Below, piece after piece: positions 1 to 11,389 of a stretch of DNA of 64,000 bases. A model generated the notes under the pieces. It worked only from the letters and a program-made list of their open reading frames with translations. It did not search any database and was not told the DNA's origin. Both the position numbers and the translations under genes were made by a program. Numbering within the stretch: position 1 is the first letter of the stretch; every line of letters begins with the position of its first letter. Source of the DNA: the human T2T-CHM13v2.0 reference genome, Homo sapiens; NCBI RefSeq assembly GCF_009914755.1, contig NC_060935.1. One strand, given 5' to 3'.

Positions 1-376
1 TTCCTCATTTACCAGCCTAAGCCCACCAGTATTCCAGCAAAAGCCTCCTGGCTGGCCAGTCCCAGACAGGTTTCTTGTGTGGCAGCTTCTATCCAGCTAC
101 CATGAACTAGTTCTGGCCCAAGACTACCCAGTGAACTTCTCCACCATCCAATGGGCAGCAACTACACTTTCTCCAAGATATTGGAATCTCAGCCTTGGGA
201 AGGGAGCCCAGCTCCCAAATGTGTTCCCTTCTTAGATACTCGTTTCTCAGTCACAGGGCATTCTTTACTTCTTTATAGTTAATCCCTCGATATAATTAAT
301 AATTTTATGTAAATTTGCAATGCTCAAATCGGGGAAGCTGTGTGATCTGTCTCCTGATTGAACCCTAGCTGATACA
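1..376 (+). mobile_element. 3' part of an old ERVL-class LTR (truncated by window edge)
   Basis: Ends in ...TCTGTCTCCTGATTGAACCCTAGCTGATACA, resembling the ...CTCCTGACTGGACCCTGACTGATACA terminus I recall for ERVL LTRs; subfamily not determined. Confidence 0.45.
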
Positions 377-865
377 ATATGGAAAAAACTTAATATAATG
401 CAGTCTTGCGGCATTAGATGAACAGAACATCTTTTTACAATATGACCAACATATTGTGACCAATAAAATTTACAAAAGAAAGTATGTATATATTAAGCCA
501 GGGTCCAAATTAAAGAAATATCATTAAACATGTAAATTTCAATAATCAGCAGTAACCAACAGCTTAATGTTATATAATAAGATTATTTTAATATCAATCT
601 AATATTCTACATTTATACTTTTTAGCATCTAGAGATGTTTCAAGTTTCCAGGCAATTGATGAATATGTATTAATTAAAAAGCAATAGTGGTGATGACAAG
701 AGTGTGGGATAAGAGACAGTAAGCTTTACAGTCCAAGCTTTAGCTTTATGCTTTACTGACTATCTGCAAGCATTAGCCAGCCCCTTGTTAGAGTTGACAT
801 ATTCATCTACAAATCAAGAAGCTTAAATACCTATTACCTCTATGTTGAGTGCTCAATGGTCTTAT

Positions 866-1795
866 TTAATCATTATCTGAAGTCACTTTTTTTCTCCAAA
901 GCTTCCTTATTGCACTTTTTACCTCAGCATTTCTGAGTGTGTAGACCACGGGATTTAACATTGGGACCACCATAGTATAAAATACAGCAACAGCTTTATC
1001 AATGGGCAGAGTGGTCACTGAGCGCAGATACACAAATATACAGGGCACAAAGAATAAGACAACTACTATGATGTGAGAAATACAGGTGGAGAGGGCTTTA
1101 CACCTCCCCTCCAAGCTATTGTTCTTTAAAGATCTCAAGATGATCACATAGGATACCACCAAGATAAGGAAGTTTAATAAGCAGATAAACCCACTGTTCA
1201 CAGCAACAAAGAGACCAAGGGTATGAGTGTCTATGCAAACAAGTTTTAACAATGGGTACAAGTCACACATGAAGTGGCCTATGACATTGGGGCCACAGAA
1301 GGGCAGCCATACTGTAAAGAGAATCTGAATAGTTGCATGAAGAAATCCTCCCACCCAGGCCACTGCCACCAGGAGAATGCACAGGCTGTGGCTCATAATG
1401 GTTGTGTAGTTCAGAGGTTTGCAGATGGCCACATAGCAGTCACAGGCCATCACTGTCAGCAGGATGATCTCAGTAGCACCAAAAATGTGTTCTGCATAGG
1501 CTTGAGCCATACACCCATTAAAGGAGATGATTTTCTTCTCTTGAAAGGAATCCACAATCAACTTAGGAGCTGAAGAAGAAGAATAAACTGTGTCTATCAA
1601 AGAAAGGTGGGTCAGGAAGAAGTACATGGGGGAGCTCAGAGCCTGGCTGGTGGTAATGGTAACCACAATGAGCAGGTTGCCTGAAAGTGTTATCATGTAA
1701 AGAACCAAAAATACTACAAACGTGACTTTCTCCATTATGGGGTTCTGTGTAAGACCTATTAAAATGAATTCAGTCACATTCTTTTTCTTCTCCAT
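866..1795 (-). CDS. OR4C12: Olfactory receptor family 4 subfamily C, intact 309-aa 7TM GPCR
   Basis: Uninterrupted ORF with OR motifs: N-glycosylation NVT, GN in TM1, [20 protein letters not shown] (MAYDRY variant), FCGPNVI.HFMCD, KALSTC.SH, PMLNP.VYTLRN. N-terminus [18 protein letters not shown] and C-terminus KKVTSDND are recognised as human OR4C12. Confidence 0.93.
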   Translation of the reverse strand: MEKKKNVTEFILIGLTQNPIMEKVTFVVFLVLYMITLSGNLLIVVTITTSQALSSPMYFFLTHLSLIDTVYSSSSAPKLIVDSFQEKKIISFNGCMAQAYAEHIFGATEIILLTVMACDCYVAICKPLNYTTIMSHSLCILLVAVAWVGGFLHATIQILFTVWLPFCGPNVIGHFMCDLYPLLKLVCIDTHTLGLFVAVNSGFICLLNFLILVVSYVIILRSLKNNSLEGRCKALSTCISHIIVVVLFFVPCIFVYLRSVTTLPIDKAVAVFYTMVVPMLNPVVYTLRNAEVKSAIRKLWRKKVTSDND

Positions 1796-1839
1796 CTATG
1801 TAGTGTGGGTGATAAAACCTCCAGGAAGGAATATTTTAC

Positions 1840-1870
1840 CTTTAGAAAAAAGAAAGGAAAAAAAAGAAGC
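1840..1870 (-). other. Candidate splice acceptor of the OR4C12 coding exon
   Basis: Minus strand reads a long pyrimidine tract, then CTAAAG|G (AG at 1841-1840), 44 nt upstream of the ATG; typical OR 5'UTR intron architecture. Confidence 0.6.
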
Positions 1871-2769
1871 ATAAAAGAATCAAATAGTCCAAAACTTTGC
1901 CTTTTCACTGCTCTGCCATCTCACAGATGATTCCTTCTCTTCCCAAAACTCTCTAGGAATAGGTACCCGTAAACTTCTCTAGCTGACTTCTTAGTTTTTT
2001 ATTAGCCTGACCTCAAAAATATTCTTAGAAGACATGGGACACCCAGAAGAGAGAGATTCCATTTCCTAGAGTGTAGTTGTTTCAAAACTTCACTTAGACA
2101 TCAATATGATGAATTAATGCATTCATTAGAGGTAATAGTTTTGGAGACTAATAAGACTTTAAAATGTGTATATGAAATAACATGAACTAAAAACCATAAA
2201 ATAGTCTGTATATCTTAATTATAATTATGCAAGTATTCCATAGGTTAAAAGTTAGTGATAATAGTTATGGATTTAGTATTGAAGATTATAGGTTTTATAG
2301 GTATATTTTAGTAATAAAATTTGACTTCAAAAATTTTAGTTATAAAATTTTATATAGGTTTTGTTTTACCTATGGTAAAACATATGTGTAGAGAAAAGTT
2401 GATAAGGAAATAATATATTTAGGACATTTACTTCTGGATGTGAAACTATGGGTGATTTTTATTTATGTTTTCTACAGCTTGCATAACTACCTGTATAGTT
2501 AGGAAAGAAATATAGTTTCTATATTTTTTCTTGGAGACCTGAAGCTGAAATCATAAATGTTTACATTGAGCAGAATATGTAGGAAAACAAATATAGGGAA
2601 TTGTACATTGGTACATGATAGGAATCCAGGAAATAGCTGGGTATAGTTGAAGTAACTGCTATAATGTGCTCATTAAATTTTTGTCACCAAGTCACCATAT
2701 GGACATAGGGAGAGTGCCTGACTGGACCCTAACTTTTCTGAAAAGATCAGGACAGAGGATGAGGCTGCC

Positions 2770-2846
2770 ATGACTGCCCATGGATCTTTTAGAATCTTCC
2801 TAATATCTATGACTGCTCATGGATCTTTTAGAATCTTCCTAATATC
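2770..2846. repeat. Tandem duplication, 2 x 39 bp
   Basis: ATGACTGC(C/T)CATGGATCTTTTAGAATCTTCCTAATATC starts at 2770 and again at 2809, with one internal mismatch. Confidence 0.95.
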
Positions 2847-3984
2847 ATCTTTAGTCTACCAGTCAAAGATTGTTGATCTCTGGTTTTATAGCATTGATAT
2901 GACAGTCAGTAAGTCAAGTCTGAATAATCAATGAGAATCTCCTTAATACATAGTCTATTTTCATTTACTTGAAGAAGAATGCACATTTCATTCAATTAAC
3001 TTTAAGATAGTACTTAAAGCTAAGTTTTGCTATTATTCTCACTTTTTCCTAGACTTCAGGTTTTTTTTTTTTTTTAAATCTTTATGTGTTCTTAAAGCAC
3101 AAAGGCAGTGGTGGGTAAGATGAATTGCCTCTGTTACATGGAGGTATGATACCTGACGAGGTACATGAAAAGGTAACATCTTCCTTGTGATCCCACACAT
3201 GCTTCATTGAGAAGCGGGCCTAAGAGCTCCAAGCTCCAGGATCATGGTCTCCCTTCTGGATAGCCCGGTGCTCCAGAGAATCCTTTCAGGGACAAGAACT
3301 CTTGAGAATAAGGTTGGATGCCCTTCTGATTACCAACTTTTCCCTAGAGGAGATGGCCTTTGAGAGAACCAACAATCAACTAATGTTTTTACAAGTTCCT
3401 GAAGGTCTATGCCAAAAGTTAGACTTCCTGATCAAAACCAGACAGAAAACCCCAAACTTGACTCATTCATTTTCATTATCTCACTTATTCAATTTCTTGC
3501 AAGTCTTGAAGTAATTAGAATATATTTAAAGAGCAGTTCTTTTTTACAGTTTTCATCTCCTTCCTATTTCCCTGCAGATACAAACATACAAACAGAACAA
3601 CTCAGTCTCATGTTCAAAATTGGTGTCTTTGATGTTCACTGTTAATTGGGAGACTTGAGCACAGGATTAGTTCCTTTTTCTGCCCTAGTCCAAAGACATA
3701 GTGTGCCTATTACCACTTACATCTTCTAATACCCATATTTTTACAGAAATTAGAAATGGAGAAAAGTGTCAACCTAGCAGAAAGACCTTGATATTCCATA
3801 AAAGGGCCCTCAGACCGCAATTGAGAGGTAAGGACATAAACAAACTTCTTCCCAGAGAAACCATTGTTACCTTTTTAAATTTCATATACTCATTTTGAAA
3901 TGCAAACCTTTACTACCACTCTGCTTTTCCCCATTCTTACTTTCTAGCATGCAGAGATTTATTTTTATACGCTGTACTTCCTAT

Positions 3985-4232
3985 AATAATTGTTCATTTT
4001 TATTGCATGCTTGTCGTGTACTTGGTACTATACTAAATGCTTTACATGCATTTTTTCACTTAATCCTCACAATGCTTTGAAGTTGGTACACAATTATCTA
4101 TATTTGAAAGAAAAGTAAACTGTGTTGAAAAGAAAAACAACTTACCCAAAATTATAGTGTCAATTAAAAAAAACAGAGAAGACTGTATTCAAGCACAAGA
4201 TGTCTGCCTCTAGCTCTTCAGCACTTAACCAG
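3985..4232 (-). mobile_element. MIR SINE
   Basis: ...TACTAAATGCTTTACATGCATTTTTTCACTTAATCCTCACAA...AAACTG...ACTTACCCAAAATTA...GTCTGCCTCTAG...CTTAACCA follows the reverse-complement MIR layout. Confidence 0.7.
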
Positions 4233-5117
4233 TGCTTCTGGGACTCAGCAGTGCCAGAGTTTGGACAAGTGGACTAGTACCTAAAGCTAACACCTGTGAC
4301 CATAAGAAATTAATGGCATTCCTTTTGCTAAGCTAAGAAATGCAGAGTCAGATGTAATGATTTCAAGGGTCCAACTGGACAAGACTCTAGAATTGTTAGA
4401 CATTAAAAATCCTCAGGTACTTTGCATTGCATCAACTTATCCGTACTTTAAAGGTGAATAAACTGAAGTCTCAAGAGGTAACATCTAAGAAAACACAGCT
4501 AATTTATTTGTGGCAGAGAATAACAAGAAAATCCAGGTCTAATGCCCAACAATGTGAATTTTTTTTCCATCATATCTGGCCTTCCTTAAGATACATTAAT
4601 ATGAGTGTATACAAGGAAAATTCACCTTACAGTGACAAAATTAAGTTTCATGTCTTATCTTTGCCAATACCTGTCTTGATTGCCTAAGAAAGAGGCTAAG
4701 TCTGAGTTTAGGGATGAAGAAATTCAGCCATATTGCTGAGACCACATCCATTGTAGCAGAAACAAGTTATCATCTGGTTAAAACAATATCTGGGAACACA
4801 TGAATAGAGTCAAAATAAAAAATACACCTAAGCCTGGAGTTCAATATAGATTCCCAGCTACAGCAGAGAGTACACTGTTTACTTGCAGATCCTGTATTTT
4901 AATACACTTGCCTTTTGATCGCAGTCTTAGAGCTAAAGTTTTCCTTTGAATAACATAATCCAAATTCTCTCCTTCTCTTCCCTCCCACACTGATCCGGCC
5001 TGAGCTCGGTGAAGGTCACACACCCTGTCAGCTCTACTTTAATTTTGCCTTTCTTTATTTTCAATTGTTTCTCATATCTCCTGCTACTAGTACAAGGTGA
5101 GATTTTCCCTCTTTTTC

Positions 5118-5972
5118 TCCCTGGAGACTTTCAAAGAGTATTATTTCAAGGAAATGAGTGATTCTACATAAAGCAATCTCTGACTATCATTACATCATAT
5201 GCCCTACCCCTGGAGAAAATCTTCAATGACCCATCCACCTACTGCACTCTCTCCACACTTAAAAGCCTAGAAATTGATTCAGGAATCCATAAAATATTAA
5301 CCTTTTCCTGGTAAATTGTAGTTATATCAATATACAGTGAGGAGAATAAATATTTCTAAAAATTGTCCTCAAACATTTAGAAGTGATTCACCATCAATTA
5401 TCAGATGTAATACTTTAATGATTTCAATTATAAACCCGTTGGGAGAAAGAGGAAATGTAAGAAACTGGATTAAGAATAAGCAGTTTTAGGTAACTTACTG
5501 TAATTGCCTCTATAGTTTAGGAGAATGGCCAATGTATTCAGAAATACAAAGTAACCTTTATAGGTACCTGTTCAAACAGCGTGTTATGTAATGTATATAT
5601 CCAAGTCTCCACTGACTGGACAATTTTACAAAATTCACAGAATGTCAAGATGACACAAATTTCTTCAAATGGATTCAGCAAGCATTTTCAAAACTCCAAT
5701 GCCTTTGAAGTTCAAGTTAAAGGGAAAGAAAATGTCAGTTGAATTTGAAACTCCAAGTTCTTAGTTACTAAAGAGAATCTTCTGATCTTCTCCAGCATCT
5801 AGATCTATATTATGGAATAAAGGACACAAATGTTCTAACAATACCCCCTTTCTTATTCTGCCTTTAAAATAAGAAAACAGCTTCTCTTGAATCATAGTGT
5901 TTAGAGAGGATACCGAGAACATTAAAGGATCTATCATTATACCTAAGGCTTTGTCCTCCCAGGGATTAATTA
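5118..5972 (-). promoter_or_regulatory. Candidate OR promoter/enhancer motifs (O/E-EBF sites plus homeodomain site) upstream of OR4C12
   Basis: TCCCTGGAGA 5118-5127, CCCCTGGAGA 5207-5216, CTCCCAGGGA 5956-5965 directly abutting TTAATTA 5966-5972; apparently non-repeat DNA 3.3-4.2 kb 5' of the CDS. Confidence 0.45.
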
Positions 5973-8192
5973 TCTCTGTTTTTAAAAGATTTTTCCTTAG
6001 AAACAGAAATTTGGGAGTATTTGCCTATTAACAACCCATCTTCACCTGATTAGTTATTTTCCCTGCATTTTAACCTATTAACATCCTACATCCCTGGCCT
6101 GGAATATTATGCAACAAAGCACTCCTTTTATAAGCCCTTAGGTGTCATGAAGGATTCTAAACACTTGTGGATAACAAAATGGGGTTTCATTCAGGTTGAA
6201 TATTTCTGAGGAAGTTTCCTCACTGTCTGAGGTAACAGAGGAGGCTGAGTTTCTGAATCAATCTCTCAACTGTACTATAAACACATCAGGACACATTCCA
6301 TCCATAGAAATGAACCTTGGAACTTGATGCACTTTCAGGCAGAGTGATATCTGGAGTTGGGAGGCAAATTGAAGCTGAAATCCTAGTGTCAACTTTTCCA
6401 GTGTAAAAATCCAAAAAAATAGATTTGTATGTCTTCCCATTCACATTTTTTGGAAGTCTAGAAATTCCACCAGCCATTCAATGGAAAAAGCCTCACCTAG
6501 GCGAAGAGACTTCAAATTTACTTCACACATAATTTCCAGGACAGTGGAAATTTGCAAACCAAATATATTCTGCCATCTTGCAAACATATATTACAGCAAT
6601 TACTCTGCAGCCTGAAGAATAGGATGCCGTTTAAATCATATATCATAAGAGTTGTAACTGCTGCTATATTTTAATATATGGGTAAGCAGTGAATGGAGAA
6701 CCAAGAAAAATAGCAATAATAGCAGCTATCATTACTGAACACTACGTCCTTTATTCTATTGACATAGTGTATTACATTGGTTGGTTTTCATATATTGAAA
6801 CAACCTTGCACTCCTAAATAAATCCCACTTAGTCATGGTGTACATTTCCTTTTATATGCTACTGGATGCCATTTGCTAAACTTTTGTTGAGAATTCTTGT
6901 ATTAATATCTATTTTCATAAGAGATGGTTGTAGTTTTCTTTTCTTATGATATCTTTGATTTTGGTATCAGGGTAATACTTGTATCATAGAATGAGTTGGG
7001 AATTGTTCTCTCCTATTTTTTAGAAAAACTTGTGGAGGACTGGTGTTAATTCTTCCTTAATTGCTTAATAAAATTCACCAGTAAAGCCATCTTGGCCTGG
7101 GTTTTCTTTGTGAGAAATATTTTTATTACTAATTCAATATCTTTACTTATTATACTATGTTCAGATCATCTATTAAGTCAATTTCAGTGGCTTATGTCTT
7201 TCTAAGAATGTATCCATTTTATCTAAGTCATATAATTTTTTGCATATAATGGCTTATAGTATCCCTTATAATCCTTTTCATTTTTGTAAGGTCAGTAGTA
7301 ATGTCTGTCTTTCATTGCTGATTTTAGTAATTTGAGTCTTCCATCTCTTTTCTTTCTTGGTCAATCTAGCTACAGATTTGTCACTTTGGTGATCTTTTTA
7401 AAGAATCCACTTCGGTTTTGTTGTTTTTTTAGTCTCTATCTATTCTCTAATTCATTTGTTTTTGCTCTAGTCCTTGCTATTTCCTTTCTTCTGCTTCCTT
7501 TAGGTTTAGTTTGCTCTTATTTTCCAATGTCTTCATGGGAGCAGGTAAAGTGATTAATTTCAGATCTTTCTTCTTTTTTAAATATACACATTAACAGCTA
7601 CAAATTTCCCACTAAGCACTGGTTTAGATGTATTCCATAGGTTATGCTATGATGTTTTCATCTTCCCTTATCTCAAAGTATTTTCTAATTTCCCTCATGA
7701 TTTCCTCTTTGATGCATTGGTTATTTAAAAATGTGTTGTTTAATTTTTACATATTTGTGAATTGCCCAAATTTCTTCTATGATGATTTTTAATTTCATTA
7801 CATTCTGGAGAACATACTTTGTCTAATTCTTTTAAGTGTATTGAGTCTTGTTTTAGGTTACATATGGTCTAACCTCGAGAATGTTGCATGTGCACTTGAA
7901 AAGAGTGTATATTCTGCTGTTGTTGAAGAGAGTATAGTATAAATGTAGTTAGGTGTACACTTAACAGAATACTGTTATATATAGTTGCTTTATAGCATTG
8001 TGTAAGTCTTGTTTTCTTGATGAACTTCTGCCTAGTTGTCAACCCATTACTGAGAGTGAGATATCAAAGTCACCACCTATTGTTGTTGAATTGTCTATTT
8101 CTCTTTTCTAAAGTGTTAGTTTTTACTTCATATATTTTGGGGCTCTGTTATTAGATGCACATAGGCCTATAATTATTACAGACATTATAACA

Positions 8193-8388
8193 TGGCATTA
8201 GCACCCTTATAAAAGGTAAAATCCCCAGAGAGATCTCTTGCCCCTTTCACCATCTGAGATTATGGCAAAATGGCCGTCTAGAACCAGGAAATGGACTCTT
8301 ATGCCAGATACCAAATCTGCCAATGCCTTGATCCTGGACTTCCCAAGCCTTCAGAACTATAAGAAAAAAATTTCTGTTGTTTATAAGC
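8193..8388 (+). mobile_element. MLT1A-like MaLR LTR fragment inside the L1M
   Basis: CCCTTATAAAAG...AAATCTGCCAATGCCTTGATCCTGGACTTCCCAAGCCTTCAGAACTATAAGAAAAAAATTTCTGTTGTTTATAAGC is a characteristic MLT1/MST core. Confidence 0.7.
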
Positions 8389-9870
8389 AGCTCTTGGTGA
8401 ATTGACTGGTATACCCTTATAAAATATCCTTCTTCATCTCTAATAGCAATTTATGTCTTAAATTTCATTTTGTCTGATATTACTATTAGCTAAAGTATAG
8501 CCACTTCAGCTATCCTTTGCTTACTGTTTGTGTGGTTTATATTTTTTCAAGCTTTTGCTTTCAACTTATTTGGGTCTTTGAATCTAAAGGATGGCTCTTG
8601 TAGACAACCTATATTTGGATCATGTTTTTATATCTAGTTCAGATTAACACCAACGTAAATACAACAGTACATAGGAATAGCACTTCTATATAGCTCCATT
8701 CCCTCCCTTCTACTTTGTGTTGTTATTGCCATACAAATGACATCTTTACACATTGCATATCCATCAACACATATTTACAATTATTGCTTTATGCAGTTGT
8801 CTTTTAAATCAGATAAGAGGAAAACAAGTAACAAGCTAAAATATGTAAATAAGTCTTCTATATTTATCTATGTAGTTACGTTTGCCAGAGCTTTTGCTTT
8901 CTTCATGTAAATTCAAATTATTGTCTGGTGGAATTTTATTTCAGCCTGAAGGACTCCTTTAGTATTTCTTAAAGAGAAGACCTGCTAACAATAAAACCTC
9001 TCTGTTTTTGTTTGCCTAGGAATATCTTAATTTCTCCTTCATTTTCAAAGGGTAATTTCATTGGACAGGGAATTCTTGATTGATAGTCTTTTCTTTTCTG
9101 TACTTTGAATATGTTATCCAACTGCCTCCTGACCTTTATCACTTCTGATGAGAAATCAGCTGTTTGGCTAATGAGAATCTCTTAGATATGATGAGTCACT
9201 TCTTTTTTGCTGCTTTCAAGATTCTCCCACTCTGTTTGGTTTTTGTTAGTTTGATTATGATCCCATAATCTCTTTGAATTTATCCTATTTAGAATTTGAG
9301 GAGGTTTTTGGATGCATAGATTAACTTTTGGAAAAATTTTAAGCCATCATTTTTTTCCCAATATTCTTTCTGCCCCTTTCTTTTCTCTGAAAATCCCATT
9401 ATACATATGGTGGTATTTTTAATGGTACTTGATAGGTCTCTGGGGTCCTGTTCATTTTTTCTTCCTTTCTCTTTCTGCTCCTCAGACTGTATGATTTCCA
9501 TTGGCCTACCCAGGTTCACTTATTCTTTATTCTGCCTACTCATATCTGCTGTTGAGCTCCTCTAGTGAATTTGTCATTTCAATTATTGTACTTTTTACCT
9601 CTAGAATTTTCATTTGGCCCTTTTTTATAATTTCTATCTGTTTATTGAAATGATCTATTTGCTGAGACATCATTCTGATAATTCTTAGACATAGTTTTCT
9701 TTATTTCCTTAAATATATTTGAAATAACTAATTGAAAGTCTTTGTTTAGTATGTCTGAAGTCTGGGCTTCCCCAGAAACAGTTTCTGCCAACTGTGTTAG
9801 TCCCCTATGTATGGGCCATACTTTCTTGTTTTTTCCATGTATTATATTTTTCTTGTTGTTGAAAACTGGA

Positions 9871-9940
9871 ATATACATATATATACATGCCTATATATAA
9901 GCATACATGTGTGTGTGTGCGTGCGCACATGCTCACACAC
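9871..9940. repeat. Compound (TA)n/(TG)n/(CA)n microsatellite
   Basis: ATATACATATATATACATGC...GTGTGTGTGTGCGTGCGCACATGCTCACACAC. Confidence 0.8.
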
Positions 9941-10303
9941 TATGGTCAAAAAGTTTGTGTCCTTCCCAAAATTCATACGTTAAAACTTAATCTCCAATGT
10001 GAAGGCATTTGGAGGTTGGGGCTTTGAGTGATGATTAGATCATGAAATTGGAGCTCTCACCTATAAGATAGGCACCTTATCTAAGAGATCCCCCAAGAGA
10101 GATCTCTTGCTCCTTCCCCCATGATATATTATAACAAGAAGATGACCATCTAGAACCAGAAAGTGGACTCTCACCAGACCAAATCTGCTGGTGCCTTGAT
10201 CTTACACTTTCCAAATTTCAGAACTTCAAGAAACAAATTCCTATTGTTTATAAGTGACTCAGTCTATGGTATTTTGTTAAATCAGCCCAAATAGACTAAT
10301 ACA
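9938..10303 (+). mobile_element. MLT1A-like solo MaLR LTR
   Basis: Starts CTATGGTC..GTTTGTGTCCTTCCCAAAATTCATA and ends GTATTTTGTTAAATCAGCCCAAATAGACTAATACA. Confidence 0.8.
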
Positions 10304-11389
10304 ATGTGGCAATCCTGGAAATCAAATTTTTTCCATCTCCAATGTTTATAATTGTTACTGTTTGTTGTTTGGTTGTTCTTGGGATTAGCATTTTTTAAAC
10401 TAATTTTATGAGACATATTATTTTCTTATATGCAGTCACTGAAGTCCCTGCTCAATAAGATTATGGATAAGTTAATAATTATACAGAGATATCTATAGAA
10501 CCAATAAGTCTTACAGTCTTTGCTAAGGGGTTCTATGTGTGTCTTGGGGCATGCCTTCACTACTCAGCCAGATAGCTTAAAACTTTACCTTAGCCTTCAT
10601 ATCCTGCTTTCACAGGGTCACAAGGTAAGCCAGAGGTGACAGCTTATGCTTTCCTGGGTCTTTCTTGAACATGTACAGAGTCCTGGGCATATGCACAGTC
10701 CTGATATTCATTCCTCAGCTTTGTATTTAAGCCTTTTGGTTAGCCTGTTGTTTTCCCTAATTTAATCCACTGCCTAAAGCTGCTGCAATGTTTAAGAATT
10801 GCCTCTGATTGTTTTTGATAAATTTCTCCAGGAAAAATGTTCCAAGTCAAGTCAAATAAAGATAGATTTGTGAGTTAGGTCTTCCAGGGAATGAACACAT
10901 AGGTCAAATAGTAACAATCATCTGGGAAAGGAGCTTTGAAAAAGCTCCAATCTCATTCTGCCCTTCCCAGTGGTTGCCAAGCTGCTGGGTATCAATGTAA
11001 TTGCAGGCCATTGTTTTTCAAGACTACAGAGAAGCTGTGCAGAGAAAATGAAAACAGGGTAAATTAAAATGCCAATAACCCTCCTTGTTATTGAGAGTTA
11101 GCCATTTTTATTACATAAGTACTCCTTGGACTGATATAAGCATTTGCTTAATTTCCAGAATTCTGAAAATGTTGACTCTGATCATTCTTTCCAGTATTCT
11201 CATTGCTAGAATGGAGGAGAGAATTTTAAAGGTTTTTAACTACACTTTTGTAACTGGCATTGACCTACTAAGCACTATGTGCTAGGATTCATGCCCAATT
11301 TCAGTGTTTGAAATACATTAACTTTAATTTCAACTATATTTCTGAAAGTATATATTCTTAGCCTCAATTTAAGGTTAAAGAAACACCCA

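Larger units (their letters stand above)
6760..11270 (-). mobile_element. Old L1M element (5' region, ORF1, 5' half of ORF2), degenerate
   Basis: Reverse complement near 6790-6840 matches the ORF2 HHDQVGFIP region; the minus-strand ORF at 9289-9519 (IIQSEEQKEK..NEQ..RDL...IK.T.I.IMG) is an ORF1 remnant; T-rich plus strand throughout. Confidence 0.75.

Noticed and set aside
1274-1573. 99-aa plus-strand ORF
   Set aside because: Antisense shadow of the OR4C12 CDS with no independent coding signal
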